The notes: a model not told the origin generated them from the sequence alone. DNA of 61,206 nucleotides from a candidate division WOR-3 bacterium (GCA_039802265.1 JBDRWI010000004.1:1-61206); one strand, 5' to 3'; positions 18,473-30,397 are shown, numbered from the stretch's first letter. A program made the numbers and translations.

Positions 18473-19518
18473 TATTCCCCCCTTAAAGCAAGACCTATTG
18501 CCTGTGCCAAGATTGGACCGTAAACATCCACACCTTCCGGTGCAAAAACATTGGGGTCATATAAAATATTTTTGAATGGATTCAAGACCTCAATTGGAAT
18601 ATTCAGTCGGCGCTTTAAATGGTCAATAAGATTGGGTATCAATGCACCACCACCAGCAAGATACATCTTAGCCACCTTTTCCTCACCGGATACCGAAGTG
18701 AGAAATTGTAAACTCCGCTCAATCTGTGTACTCAGGTCATTAACGAAACTTTCAAATACCCCTAAGATTGCATCCTGAGAAACACCCACCGGAACAGTTC
18801 CTTTTGCTGCATTCGCTGCATCATCATAATTAAAACCAATTTCTTTTTGAAGTTTATTGATGTAGGAATTGACACCGTAATAAACATCCCTTGCTGAAAG
18901 TGAAGAACCACCTTTTACAACATTTATGACCGTCATCCCATATCCTATATTAATCAACCCTACCGACTCATCGGGACTGGATGGATAGTTATATTCGTAA
19001 ACATTCTGTAAGGCAAAGGCAACCGTATCAATTATCAATGGATTCAGGTTCAAATCCTTCAATAATGAGGTAAGGTTGTTAATCAATTCATTCTTTGCCG
19101 CAACCAGTATAACCTCCTGCTGATTTTCGCCGTAATTTGGATTTACGATATAAAAATCCAGAGTTACTTCAGCAATATCAAATGGCACGTACTGTTCTGC
19201 CTCCCATTTTATATTCTCCCTTGTCTCCGCCTCGCTCATACGGTCCATTATGATTCGCTTTATTATTACATCCCGACCAGCCACACCAATAACCACATCC
19301 TTAGCAGTAAAACCTTTGGTTTCAAGAAGTGTTCTGATCGAATCCAAAACTGCCTGACGATCGATTATCTCACCCTCAACAATTGCATCCGGCAAAACCC
19401 TGGAGACTCCAAAATTGAGCAACTTTTTGGTCTTGCCCGGGCTCAATTCAACAACCTTGGTTTGATTTGACCCGATATCAAGACCAAGCACCTTCTTCTT
19501 TTTTCCAAACATATTCAC
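18472..19518 (-). CDS. pilM: Type IV pilus assembly actin-like ATPase PilM
   Basis: GLDIGS, WEAEQYVPF, LVAAK, LAGGGA, AIGLALR. Confidence 0.93.
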   Translation of the reverse strand: MNMFGKKKKVLGLDIGSNQTKVVELSPGKTKKLLNFGVSRVLPDAIVEGEIIDRQAVLDSIRTLLETKGFTAKDVVIGVAGRDVIIKRIIMDRMSEAETRENIKWEAEQYVPFDIAEVTLDFYIVNPNYGENQQEVILVAAKNELINNLTSLLKDLNLNPLIIDTVAFALQNVYEYNYPSSPDESVGLINIGYGMTVINVVKGGSSLSARDVYYGVNSYINKLQKEIGFNYDDAANAAKGTVPVGVSQDAILGVFESFVNDLSTQIERSLQFLTSVSGEEKVAKMYLAGGGALIPNLIDHLKRRLNIPIEVLNPFKNILYDPNVFAPEGVDVYGPILAQAIGLALRGE

Positions 19519-19591
19519 TCCTTTTTTTCTTAAACTACTATCCCCTTTATAGCCAACTAACTATTTAATTTCCACAATTATAAATTTTAAT

Positions 19592-19619
19592 ATTATATAC
19601 ATTATTATCAATATGTCAA
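19592..19619 (-). promoter_or_regulatory. sigma70-type promoter of pilMNOPQ
   Basis: TTGACA-N16-TATAAT on the minus strand. Confidence 0.75.
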
Positions 19620-19643
19620 GAGGTAAGAGAGCTAAATTTTATT

Positions 19644-20753
<1,110 letters not shown>

Positions 20754-20755
20754 TT

Positions 20756-20783
20756 ATAATATACAAGAACTCTACTATGTCAA
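20756..20783 (-). promoter_or_regulatory. sigma70-type promoter of tgt, probably leaderless
   Basis: TTGACA-N16-TATTAT ending 5 nt before the ATG; no SD. Confidence 0.65.
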
Positions 20784-21060
20784 GATCCCTCTGATTCTTC
20801 TCTAAGGATGGTATAATTCTCCAAAAAAAATTTTTTTGATTTAAACATTCCCGCAGTGTAGCCTTTGGGAACTAAATGTTTCGGGCTATCAGGTAGTGGA
20901 TGTCAGATTATCAGGAAAATATACCGATACTGATACTCCCCCACTACATTTTTTGGAAAAGCTAGCGATTACAGAGAAGTAAAAGAAATTTATTATCCTC
21001 TTTTAATCCGGTTAAATCCGTTTGAATCTAAATTATCGGAAATTTTGAAATTCCGATACT

Positions 21061-22287
21061 TTAAAACAGTCCCAGCTGGGGTTGCTGGTCTTTTTCTGCT
21101 TCCTCAAAGATTTTTATTGTGCCAAATTCCCCGTCGTAGCCGGGGAGGATGATTATGTCGCCCCGGCGCATCCGCTCAATTCCCTGGGCAATCCTTTCTT
21201 TTGCGACATTTCTGATATCCTCGATCGGCGTATTAAGGAGAATTTCAAATTCATTGCCAAACTGAGCACACAGTTTAAGATATTCATTCTTCACACCCGC
21301 GGTATCCCGGCCAATCCCCAGGGCCTCGGCAATGATTTCTTCCAGTGGAATTAAATTCTTAAAAGGAATACCATCCTGCGGGATAAAACCCTCTTCCCGG
21401 TCAGCCAGAAGTTCAATCCGATGCATAACCCCGACGGTAATATTTTTGGAACAGACCGGACAGAGGTTATTATTAAGTCTTGCCTCTTTGGGCGATAATC
21501 GTACATTACATCTGCGGTGCCCATCAAAGTGGTATTTTCCCTCTTCAGGATAGAATTCAATCGTATACAAAAATTTACTGCGGTCTTTGTTCTTCAGGAC
21601 ATCACGCAGCGTGTAATAATTCAACTCCGTACTGAAGACATTCGCCTCACGGCCGAGTCGGTTTGGTGAGTGGGCATCCGAATTTGAAATAAGGGTAAAT
21701 CGGTCCAAGGCAGAGAGGCGCCAGTTCATTGCCGGATCAGAAGAAAGCCCGGTCTCAAGGGCAAAGACCTTTTCCTTTAATTCGCCGAAACACTCCTCAA
21801 CTGAATCAAAGCCCGAATTGGAACCGAAGAGGGAAAACCAGGGGGTCCAGATATGGGAGGGAACAATAAATACATCGGGCGAAATCTCAAGTAATTGAGC
21901 GAGCATTTCATCGGTTGCGAGCGAAAGGGTTGGTCGCCCATCGGCCTCAAGATTACCAAATCGGCTCAGGTATTTGTTTATCTTATCAACGGTCTGGAAG
22001 TCCGGAGCAAAGATGATATTATGAATCCGTCGCAACTTCCCATGTTTTGTATAAATATTATTTACCTCGGTGGAAAGAATAAACTTTATCCCTGAATACT
22101 CATATATCCCATCCTGGTATTTGAGGAACTCTTTCAATTCCTTTAACCATGCCGGATGGGTAAAGTCACCACTACCCAAAAGCCCGATGCCCTTCAGTTT
22201 TGCATACTCTGTAATCTTTGGTACAGTCATCTCTTGTGAGGTTGCACGGGAAAATCTTGAATGGATATGTAAATCCGCAATCATCAT
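21061..22287 (-). CDS. Endonuclease Q family (PHP-domain) protein
   Basis: ADLHIHSRFSRATS, GDFTHP, HIWTPW, ETGLSSDP, SNSDAHS, GKYH.DGHR.C, CPVC, GYDGEFG. Confidence 0.9.
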   Translation of the reverse strand: MMIADLHIHSRFSRATSQEMTVPKITEYAKLKGIGLLGSGDFTHPAWLKELKEFLKYQDGIYEYSGIKFILSTEVNNIYTKHGKLRRIHNIIFAPDFQTVDKINKYLSRFGNLEADGRPTLSLATDEMLAQLLEISPDVFIVPSHIWTPWFSLFGSNSGFDSVEECFGELKEKVFALETGLSSDPAMNWRLSALDRFTLISNSDAHSPNRLGREANVFSTELNYYTLRDVLKNKDRSKFLYTIEFYPEEGKYHFDGHRRCNVRLSPKEARLNNNLCPVCSKNITVGVMHRIELLADREEGFIPQDGIPFKNLIPLEEIIAEALGIGRDTAGVKNEYLKLCAQFGNEFEILLNTPIEDIRNVAKERIAQGIERMRRGDIIILPGYDGEFGTIKIFEEAEKDQQPQLGLF

Positions 22288-23051
22288 AACTTTCTTGCTA
22301 CCCCCATAATTCTTATATCCCTTTCACTTGCCGGATTGAAAGTCAGATGTCGATAGAGAAATATCTGAAAACCAGCCAGGGCGGCGATGTATCTGATATC
22401 CTCAAGGGAATATGCTCGCTCCTGATGGAATTCCCTGAATGTCAGGGTTCGCTCGTTCTCTCTGACATTTATGGTGAGTCTCAAAGATGAGATATTGGTC
22501 ACCGGGTCAAAGGTATTTGCCCAGATAGAATGGATTGGACCGTCATTTCGCTCAAATATCTGATTGCCCCATTCATCCCGAAGGGCATGTATCGTATTCA
22601 TGTCAAAGATAAAAATTCCTTTTATACAAAGATTCCTATACACCGACCGGAAACAACTTAAGAGGTCATCTTTAGTCAAAAGGTAATTAAGACTATCGTA
22701 AAGGCAGGTAATTATGGGAACCGAATCGTTAAGTGAAAAGTTCCTAAAATCCCCCTGAATCAGCTGTACGCAACCATTTTCCATTGCCTCCCGCGGGAAT
22801 TTACTTCGGCAGACCTCCAGCATCTGGTTAGAATTATCAAGACCGATCACCTTATAACCCTTTTTATACCACAATTCAAGACAGGTACCGGTGCCACATG
22901 CAAGGTCAAGGAGCTTTTCTTCTTTTATTCCGTTGACCTGTAGAATTCGCTCAATGTATGAAATCCATGATGGATAATTAACAAAGGACATAATTCGGTC
23001 ATAATAGGGGGCAATATCGGTAAAGGGTGGACTAAAACCCTCTAATTTCAT
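22284..23051 (-). CDS. Class I SAM-dependent methyltransferase
   Basis: LLDLACGTG, GLD.S..ML, CLYDSLNY, G.FIFD; start chosen at MKLEG. Confidence 0.88.
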   Translation of the reverse strand: MKLEGFSPPFTDIAPYYDRIMSFVNYPSWISYIERILQVNGIKEEKLLDLACGTGTCLELWYKKGYKVIGLDNSNQMLEVCRSKFPREAMENGCVQLIQGDFRNFSLNDSVPIITCLYDSLNYLLTKDDLLSCFRSVYRNLCIKGIFIFDMNTIHALRDEWGNQIFERNDGPIHSIWANTFDPVTNISSLRLTINVRENERTLTFREFHQERAYSLEDIRYIAALAGFQIFLYRHLTFNPASERDIRIMGVARKL

Positions 23052-24498
23052 AATTGGGTGCCTCTTTGGTGATTGTAATATCATGGGGATGGCTCTCTTT
23101 GAGTCCGGCTGGACTCATCTTTATAAACCTCGCCTTTTTTTGCAGGGTCTTTATATCCCTTGCCCCGCAATAACCCATACCTGATTTCAATCCACCCACG
23201 AGTTGAAAGAGCACATCCTTAACCGTTCCCCGATAAGGAACCCTTCCCTCCACACCTTCAGGCACCAACTTCTTTGCCTCCTGCTGAAAATAACGGTCGG
23301 CTGATCCCCGGCGCATCGCCGAGAGTGAACCCATTGCCCGGTATTCTTTATAGCGCCTTCCTTCCAAAAGAATCGTCTCTCCCGGACTCTCCTCAGTGCC
23401 GGCAAACAGATTACCAATCATCACCGATGCTGCGCCACAGGCAAGTGCCTTGACGATATCCCCTGAATATCTTATTCCCCCATCAGCAATTATGGGAATA
23501 TTTTGTGATGCAGTAACCCGGGCACACTCCATAATTGCAGTCACCTGTGGCACACCAATGCCCGCAATCACCCTTGTAGTACAGATCGAGCCCGGTCCTA
23601 TACCAACCTTTATTGCATCCACATCCAACTTGACCAGCGCTGATGCAGCCTCGGCGGTAGCCACATTCCCGGCGATCAGTTCCAGTTCTGGATATCTCTT
23701 TCTTATCTCCCGGATTGTCGCCAATACACTCTTGGAATGGGCATGGGCAACATCAACAACCACGGCATCAATTTCGGCTTCAACAAGGGCGGCGACCCGG
23801 TCAAGGGTTCTTTTTTCAATTCCAACGGCTGCGGCGCATCTTAACCTTCCTGCCCTGTCAAAGATTGCATTGGGATGTTCCATCTTCTTTATGATATCCT
23901 TTATCGTAATCAGACCCTTTAGTCGGCCCGATTTATCAATGATTGGTAGTTTCTCAATTTTGTGCCGCTTTAATATCTTCTTTGCCTGTTCAAGGGTCGT
24001 TCCTTCGGGGGCAGTTATAAGACCACTATGACGCATCACCTCTCTTACCTTCTTATTCAGATTCTCTTCAAAGATAATATCCCGGTTGGTAAGTAAACCA
24101 ACTAACCTTTTTTCAGAATTTACCACCACAACCCCGGAAATACCGTTTGTCTCCATCAAATCCTTTGCCACCCGGATGGGCATGTCCTCGGTGACGGTAA
24201 TTGGATTGAGAATCATTCCACTCTCGGCGCGTTTAACCTTTATCACCTCTGCCTTCTGTTCTTCAATTCCTAAATTTTTGTGGATCACGCCAATGCCGCC
24301 CTCCTGGGCAAGGGCAATTGCCATTTTTGATTCGGTAACGGTATCCATTGCAGCGCTGACCAGGGGAATATTCAATTGAATGTGCCTTGAAAATTTTGTT
24401 TTAGTATCACACTCCCGTGGTAATACATCAGAATATTGGGGAACCAAGAGGATGTCATCAAAGGTAAGACCTTCAGTAAATTTTTTTTTCATAACCAT
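23032..24498 (-). CDS. guaB: IMP dehydrogenase with CBS pair
   Basis: LTFDDILLVP, SAAMDTVTE, KVGIGPGSICTTR, ADGGI, VPEGVEG. Confidence 0.98.
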   Translation of the reverse strand: MVMKKKFTEGLTFDDILLVPQYSDVLPRECDTKTKFSRHIQLNIPLVSAAMDTVTESKMAIALAQEGGIGVIHKNLGIEEQKAEVIKVKRAESGMILNPITVTEDMPIRVAKDLMETNGISGVVVVNSEKRLVGLLTNRDIIFEENLNKKVREVMRHSGLITAPEGTTLEQAKKILKRHKIEKLPIIDKSGRLKGLITIKDIIKKMEHPNAIFDRAGRLRCAAAVGIEKRTLDRVAALVEAEIDAVVVDVAHAHSKSVLATIREIRKRYPELELIAGNVATAEAASALVKLDVDAIKVGIGPGSICTTRVIAGIGVPQVTAIMECARVTASQNIPIIADGGIRYSGDIVKALACGAASVMIGNLFAGTEESPGETILLEGRRYKEYRAMGSLSAMRRGSADRYFQQEAKKLVPEGVEGRVPYRGTVKDVLFQLVGGLKSGMGYCGARDIKTLQKKARFIKMSPAGLKESHPHDITITKEAPNYEIRGF

Positions 24499-25475
24499 TA
24501 CCAGCGCAGGAGAACTCCAGCCCAGGTAAATCCCGCACCAAATGCAACCAGAAGGACATAATCACCGGATTTTATCCTTCCTTCTTTTAATGCCTCGTAA
24601 AGGGCGATCGGTATTGAAGCGGCAGATGTATTGCCATATTTATCAAGATTTACATAGACCCTCTCCATTGGTATCTCAAGCCTCTTGGCCGTTGCCTCGA
24701 TTATTCGGATATTTGCCTGATGGGGAATCAAGAGACCCACCTCGCTGGCCGGGACATTCGCCTTTTTTAATGTCTCCACTGCTGCCTCAATCATTGCCCT
24801 TACTGCAAGCTTGAATACCTCATTACCTTCCATCTTGATATAATGTAACCTCTTTTCAACTGATTCTTTTGAAGCCGGAATTCTTGAGCCACCGGCTGGC
24901 TGGTAGAGGAGTTTCCAATCCGCACCATCAGCCCGGAAGTATGTAGCAATTATACCACGATTATCAGAAGAAGACCTTCTGACAATGGCAGCGCCTGCAC
25001 CGTCACCAAAAAGGACACAGGTTGAGCGGTCAGTAAAGTCCATTACCTTGCTCAATGTCTCAGCCCCGATTACCAGAACATTTTCAAAGCCATTTTTTAT
25101 CATTGAATCGGCAATACCAAGTCCATATAAAAATCCACTACAACCCGCCGAGATATCAAATGCCATTGCCCGATTTGCCGCGAGTTTGCCTTGAACAACG
25201 CAGGCTGTTGATGGAAAGAGCATATCCGGGGTTGCCGTGCCAAGGATTATTGCATCAATCTCTTCGGGGCTGACCTGTGCATCCTCAATTGCCTTTTTTG
25301 CCGCAATAATTGAAAGGTCACTGGTTGCGGTATCGGCATCTGCTATCCGGCGTTCACTAATACCGGAGCGGGTCCTTATCCACTCGTCCGATGTCTCTAC
25401 AATCTTTTCCAGGTCAAAATTCGTCAGTACCTTCTCCGGTAAATAAATACCCAACCCAGCAATATAAGAATTCAT
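24498..25475 (-). CDS. fabH: 3-oxoacyl-ACP synthase III
   Basis: AGCSGF, LFGDGAGA, PHQANIRI, GNTSAASIP, FGAGFTW. Confidence 0.97.
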   Translation of the reverse strand: MNSYIAGLGIYLPEKVLTNFDLEKIVETSDEWIRTRSGISERRIADADTATSDLSIIAAKKAIEDAQVSPEEIDAIILGTATPDMLFPSTACVVQGKLAANRAMAFDISAGCSGFLYGLGIADSMIKNGFENVLVIGAETLSKVMDFTDRSTCVLFGDGAGAAIVRRSSSDNRGIIATYFRADGADWKLLYQPAGGSRIPASKESVEKRLHYIKMEGNEVFKLAVRAMIEAAVETLKKANVPASEVGLLIPHQANIRIIEATAKRLEIPMERVYVNLDKYGNTSAASIPIALYEALKEGRIKSGDYVLLVAFGAGFTWAGVLLRW

Positions 25476-26440
25476 AACCCCTTTACCTTTCTTATCTCAT
25501 CAACAACATTAAATTCAACACACCTCTTTGCCATCTTGATCGCATTCTTTAAGGCACCGGGTGAGGAATGCCCGTGACACACTATTACAATCCCCATAAC
25601 ACCCAAAAGAATCCCACCTCCATACTCTTCATAACTGAATTTTGCCTTCAGGTCTTTTATTGCTGGTTTGACCAGGAATTGACCGAATTTCCTCCGCATT
25701 GCTGCATCCACCCTCTCCTTCAACATCCGCCATAAGACATCAACGATTCCCTCGGAGAATTTAAGGATGACATTGCCGGTAAAACCATCACATACTATAA
25801 CATCGGCAAAACCTTTCATGATATCATTCCCCTCAATATTTCCGATAAAGTTGCATCTGGTTTCTTTAAGGATTTGATATGCCCGCTGTCTGATCTCATC
25901 ACCCTTTACACTCTCGGTTCCCACATTCAAAAGCGCCACCTTAGGATTCTCTTTGTTGATGGCAATTGTAGCAAAGACCGACCCCATCAATGCATAATTA
26001 ACAAAATCATCCGGCTTGGGTTTGATATTTGCACCAACATCAATCATCACTGAATAGCCGGTCTCGGTGGGCAGGGTGATTGCAAGACCCGGTCTGGACA
26101 TTCCTTCAATAGTACCCAGTTCAAATATACTAAACCCCATAATCGCACCGGTATTACCCGCACTGACCAGCGCATCAATCTCTTTATTCTTTAAGAGCTT
26201 AAAGAGAATACCCAGAGAGGAATTCTTCTTCTGGCGTACCGCCACTGTGGGGATTTCGTGCATCCCAACCACCTCATCAGCGAGTCTGAAGTCAAATCCT
26301 AAAGATTTTACCGCTGCTTCATACTCTCCTCTGCCAACCACAACCAAATCTGCCTCAAATTCTTCTTTTATCAATTTCAGCGCCTGCAATTCATTCTCGG
26401 GCGCACTATCAGAACCCATCAGGTCAAGTCCAATCTTCAT
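25472..26440 (-). CDS. plsX: Phosphate acyltransferase PlsX
   Basis: LDLMGSD.AP, VSAGNTGA, DVGAN, LLNVG.E..KG, CDGFTGN, HGHSS. Confidence 0.96.
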   Translation of the reverse strand: MKIGLDLMGSDSAPENELQALKLIKEEFEADLVVVGRGEYEAAVKSLGFDFRLADEVVGMHEIPTVAVRQKKNSSLGILFKLLKNKEIDALVSAGNTGAIMGFSIFELGTIEGMSRPGLAITLPTETGYSVMIDVGANIKPKPDDFVNYALMGSVFATIAINKENPKVALLNVGTESVKGDEIRQRAYQILKETRCNFIGNIEGNDIMKGFADVIVCDGFTGNVILKFSEGIVDVLWRMLKERVDAAMRRKFGQFLVKPAIKDLKAKFSYEEYGGGILLGVMGIVIVCHGHSSPGALKNAIKMAKRCVEFNVVDEIRKVKGL

Positions 26441-26450
26441 TTCGCCTTGA

Positions 26451-26645
26451 CTATGTCTTTTCTTTTTCCTTCTTTGGTGCTACAACCAGAACATCCTTAT
26501 AGTTACCACAACTCGGACAAACACGATGGGGTAACTTCGGTGCATGGCATTTGGGACATTCAACAAAACTACGCGGCTCAAGTTTGTACTGGGAACGCCT
26601 CTTATTCTTTCGGGAATGTGAATGCCTGCGCTTTGGAACCGGCAT
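26451..26645 (-). CDS. rpmF: 50S ribosomal protein L32 (zinc-ribbon type)
   Basis: MPVPKRRHS, CPKC..PHRVCPSCG.Y; upstream of plsX. Confidence 0.97.
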   Translation of the reverse strand: MPVPKRRHSHSRKNKRRSQYKLEPRSFVECPKCHAPKLPHRVCPSCGNYKDVLVVAPKKEKEKT

Positions 26646-26886
26646 TATACCTCCTTGGATATACTTATATTAGGGTAAGATGACTCAAAAAGGCATAAAG
26701 GGATAATTCGTTTGCTGGTTTTGGTTGAGAAATGGGATAGGGTTTTGATTATTGAACTTGGTAACCAACAAACAACAACCGCTAGACCAATCGCATTTCC
26801 AAAACAAAACCAAAACCTTTTATCATATCCCACCATCTTCTGCCCTCTTTAGCCTTTTCTCTCTTTTTGCATTACCATAAATTGTA

Positions 26887-28680
26887 TCAAGACGGATACA
26901 TCCTTATTGCCTGAAACCATCTATTCAAATTCTCTATTCTCTTTTTCTTATCTTCGGGCAGGGAAAACGGCCTTCCCCGACAGTCAATAATAATTCCCAC
27001 AACACCGCCCTTCAACTCCACATCCACTGCCTTCCCCTTTCCGTTTCCCACATCAAAACCCTTTTCTGGATGCAATACAAGTCGAATTTTTTGATTCTCA
27101 GGAAGGCTTAAGAGTTCAATCTCACCATACTTATAAATTTTTTCACTTGTTCCCTTTTCATCCTCAATCCTTACCTTCAGGACATTTACTCCTTCCCTTC
27201 CTTCTCCAACCGGGGCAATACAATAGCCAAGGGGCACAAGGCAGTCTTTATCAAATACCTCGGTTGCCGAACGCTCGTGGACCGTTGAAAGGACACCAAG
27301 ATGGGGCATCATAAATATTGAATCAACGGCAAGTCTTGTTATTCCCTGAGGCAAAAAGGCATCAATCATCATCAGGGCAGCCTGATTTCGGCGGGGGGCA
27401 TGGGAGAGTATACCACCTGAACCGATAAGGAGATTCAGGGCCATCAAATCGATCAGACTCTCACCGGTCATTGTCTGGGTAAATGTGTCGGAAATTGTTC
27501 TTTCCTGCTGAATTCCCTTTAGACCAACAGCCATTGACTTGTGCTGTTCAAAGGCAAGGCGCAATGCCTCACGGGCGATTGCCTGCTCGATCTTTAGATC
27601 TTCAAGGGTATGGGGAATGGTCGTGGGTCTTATCATCTTATTTCTTATCCGATTTCTCAAATCTCTCTCTTCAATCTCAAAGGGAAGCCAGCGAATGATA
27701 TTTTCTATCCCGGCTTCAGCCAGGACATTACTTATAGAATATGACATACCCAGGTTGGCACTGACTGTTCTATTAAAGACACCCTGGAATACCGAAAAGA
27801 CATCGGTAGTTGCCCCGCCAATATCAACCCCGATTACCGTAATATTCTCTTTTCGGGCAACGGTCTCCACCAGTAACCCAACTGCACCGGGGGTCGGCAT
27901 TATCGGGACATCGGTCATCTCCATTAACTTCTTATAACCCGGGGCATGGGCCATTACATGCTCCATAAATTGATCGTGGATCTTATGCCGTGCAGGATTG
28001 AGATTTTCACGCTCCAGGACCGGTCTGATATTTTCCACAATCACCAGGGCGGTATTCTCTTTTAGTGTATTAAGGATTGCTTCACGGGCATCTTTATTCC
28101 CCGCATATATAACAGGCAATTTGTAACCCACTCCAAAACGTGGCTTGGGGTCGGCAGCTCTTATCAATTCAGCAAGTTCAACGACATGGGAGATTGTTCC
28201 TCCATCCACACCCCCGGAAAGTAGAATCATATCCGGTCTTAAATTCCTGATTCTTTCAATCTTTTCGTGGGGCAAACGCCCATCATTTGAGGCAATCACA
28301 TCCATGACAATTGCCCCCGCACCCAGCGCTGCCCTTGCGGCACTTTCTGCTGTCATCGTCAACACCACCCCAGCCACCATCATCTGCAGTCCGCCGCCCG
28401 CCGAAGAAGTGGACACATAAAAGTCAACACCCTCAGAATCCTTTACCTCCTTGATTATCCTTTCACCATCCAAAATTCGGACATTGGCAAGTTCTTCTAC
28501 CTCACGGACAGCATTCAAGACCCCTTTTGTAACATCCTCAAATGGCGATTCAACGGTCGTTGGTGCCTCACCTCGGGTTATCAGGCGATACTCTTCCCCT
28601 TTCTTTTCAATCAATATTGCCTTGGTTGTTGTAGAGCCACAATCAGTGGCGAGGATTCTTTTGGGATCTTTCAAGTTCAT
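26887..28680 (-). CDS. GlmL/MutL-family (glutamate mutase L-like) ASKHA ATPase
   Basis: DCGSTTTK, APTTVE, SSAGGGL, AALGAGA, YAGN, MPTP, DIGGATTDV; start after GAGGAGG at 28680. Confidence 0.85.
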   Translation of the reverse strand: MNLKDPKRILATDCGSTTTKAILIEKKGEEYRLITRGEAPTTVESPFEDVTKGVLNAVREVEELANVRILDGERIIKEVKDSEGVDFYVSTSSAGGGLQMMVAGVVLTMTAESAARAALGAGAIVMDVIASNDGRLPHEKIERIRNLRPDMILLSGGVDGGTISHVVELAELIRAADPKPRFGVGYKLPVIYAGNKDAREAILNTLKENTALVIVENIRPVLERENLNPARHKIHDQFMEHVMAHAPGYKKLMEMTDVPIMPTPGAVGLLVETVARKENITVIGVDIGGATTDVFSVFQGVFNRTVSANLGMSYSISNVLAEAGIENIIRWLPFEIEERDLRNRIRNKMIRPTTIPHTLEDLKIEQAIAREALRLAFEQHKSMAVGLKGIQQERTISDTFTQTMTGESLIDLMALNLLIGSGGILSHAPRRNQAALMMIDAFLPQGITRLAVDSIFMMPHLGVLSTVHERSATEVFDKDCLVPLGYCIAPVGEGREGVNVLKVRIEDEKGTSEKIYKYGEIELLSLPENQKIRLVLHPEKGFDVGNGKGKAVDVELKGGVVGIIIDCRGRPFSLPEDKKKRIENLNRWFQAIRMYPS

Positions 28681-28954
28681 GCCTTTCCTCCTCAAGTCGT
28701 TCAATTTCACAAATTAAATCTTCAATATTGGCGCGGTCTTCAAGCATTGCCGCAATCTCCTCATATTCCTGATAGGCAAAGAATGCCCGATAGAAAGGCT
28801 GTAAGAATATTAAAAGTTGATTACCCAAAAAAGATAAAGGTTTGCTCGATTCCAAAAAGACAATCGCCACCGGTGCCATCCTGAGGTCAACAATCCGCCG
28901 GGCAATCTTCTGGATTAAATATTTTCTTCGCTCCTCAGTGATCTCAAATCTCAT
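28643..28954 (-). CDS. Conserved hypothetical protein
   Basis: ATGA overlap with the gcvPB stop; motif AI.FLES.KPL.FLG.Q..LEDR.N.E. Confidence 0.7.
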   Translation of the reverse strand: MRFEITEERRKYLIQKIARRIVDLRMAPVAIVFLESSKPLSFLGNQLLIFLQPFYRAFFAYQEYEEIAAMLEDRANIEDLICEIERLEEERHELERSQKNPRH

Positions 28955-30378
28955 CCCTTCCATCTTAATTTCAACTCCTTTACTGCCTTCACCTCATCAA
29001 GCCGGCGCACCGGTGTATTATGGGGTGCCGATTTTAAAATCTCCGGGTCTTCTTCAGCCTCCCGCCGGATTTTTTTCATCACTTTAATAAAATTCTCTAC
29101 TGATTCAAGGGATTCGCTCTCGGTTGGCTCAATCATCAATGCCTCGCTGACGATCAAGGGAAAATATACGGTTGGAGCATGGATTCCAAAATCTAAAAGC
29201 CTCTTTGCAACATCGAGGGTCTTAACACCAAATTCCTTTAAATTCTTCCCCGAGAGAACCCCCTCATGCATACAAAAGTTCGGATATGGAAGATGATAGT
29301 CTTCCTTCAATGATTGAATAATATAATTGGCATTCAATATCGCGGCCCTGGAAATCTCCTTTAAACCCTGTTCACCGATTATTCTTAAAAAGGCATAGGC
29401 ACGTACCATTATCAAAAAATTACCGAAGAATGACTGGACCTTACCGATTGAGTCGGGCAGGTCATAATCTAAATAGTATGTGGCATCTTTCTGTCTTATA
29501 ACCGGGATCGGTAAGAAAGGTGCTAATTCCTTTCTGACTGCAACCGGTCCTGAACCCGGTCCACCTCCCCCATGGGGGGTTGAAAAGGTCTTATGGAGAT
29601 TAAAATGGACCGCATCAAAGCCCAGATCGCCAGGACGGACAATCCCTAAAAGGGCATTTAAATTTGCCCCATCAAGATAGAGGAGTCCACCATATCCGTG
29701 AACAATTTCGGCAATCTTTTGAATATTCTTTTCAAAGAGTCCCAGGGTATTAGGGTTGGTAAGCATCAAACCCGCCACCTCTGGAGTCATCAACTCCATC
29801 AATCTATTTATATCAACAAGTCCATTTTGGTCTGAATTGAGGGTTAGGGGCTTAAAACCGGAAAAGTTAACGCTGGCTGGATTTGTTCCATGGGCTGAAT
29901 CGGGCACCAGTATATATTTTCTGGGTTCTCCCTTTTTCTTAAAATAGGCCTTGAAGATACTGATTGCAGTAAATTCACCCTGGGCACCAGCCGCTGGCTG
30001 TAAGGTAACTGCATCAAGGTTTGTAATCTTTTTCAGGTATTCGCCGAGTTCAAACATCAATCTCAATGCCCCTTGAACTGTATTTACTGGTTGCAATGGA
30101 TGGAGGGCAGTAAATCCTTTGAGTCGCGCCATTTCTTCGTTGATTTTCGGATTATACTTCATTGTGCAGGAGCCGAGCGGATAGAATCCTTTATCCACAT
30201 GATGGTTCAGGTTGGAGAGATTAACAAAATGGCGAACAATCTCTGGTTCACTTACCTCAGGAAGATTCAAGGCACCCTTCCGGGTAAAGATCTGGGGTAG
30301 CCGGGTTTCTTTAACATCCAGTTCCGGCAGGGTATATCCCTTCCTTTCTAATCTTGAGACCTCAAAGATTAATTCCAT
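28951..30378 (-). CDS. gcvPB: Glycine dehydrogenase (decarboxylating) subunit 2
   Basis: LPEVSE, YPLGSCTMKYNP, LQPAAGA.GE, AHGTNPAS, HFNLHKTFSTPHGGGGPG, MIEPTESES. Confidence 0.96.
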   Translation of the reverse strand: MELIFEVSRLERKGYTLPELDVKETRLPQIFTRKGALNLPEVSEPEIVRHFVNLSNLNHHVDKGFYPLGSCTMKYNPKINEEMARLKGFTALHPLQPVNTVQGALRLMFELGEYLKKITNLDAVTLQPAAGAQGEFTAISIFKAYFKKKGEPRKYILVPDSAHGTNPASVNFSGFKPLTLNSDQNGLVDINRLMELMTPEVAGLMLTNPNTLGLFEKNIQKIAEIVHGYGGLLYLDGANLNALLGIVRPGDLGFDAVHFNLHKTFSTPHGGGGPGSGPVAVRKELAPFLPIPVIRQKDATYYLDYDLPDSIGKVQSFFGNFLIMVRAYAFLRIIGEQGLKEISRAAILNANYIIQSLKEDYHLPYPNFCMHEGVLSGKNLKEFGVKTLDVAKRLLDFGIHAPTVYFPLIVSEALMIEPTESESLESVENFIKVMKKIRREAEEDPEILKSAPHNTPVRRLDEVKAVKELKLRWKG

Positions 30379-30397
30379 AAGCCTTATTCTTCCGCCT

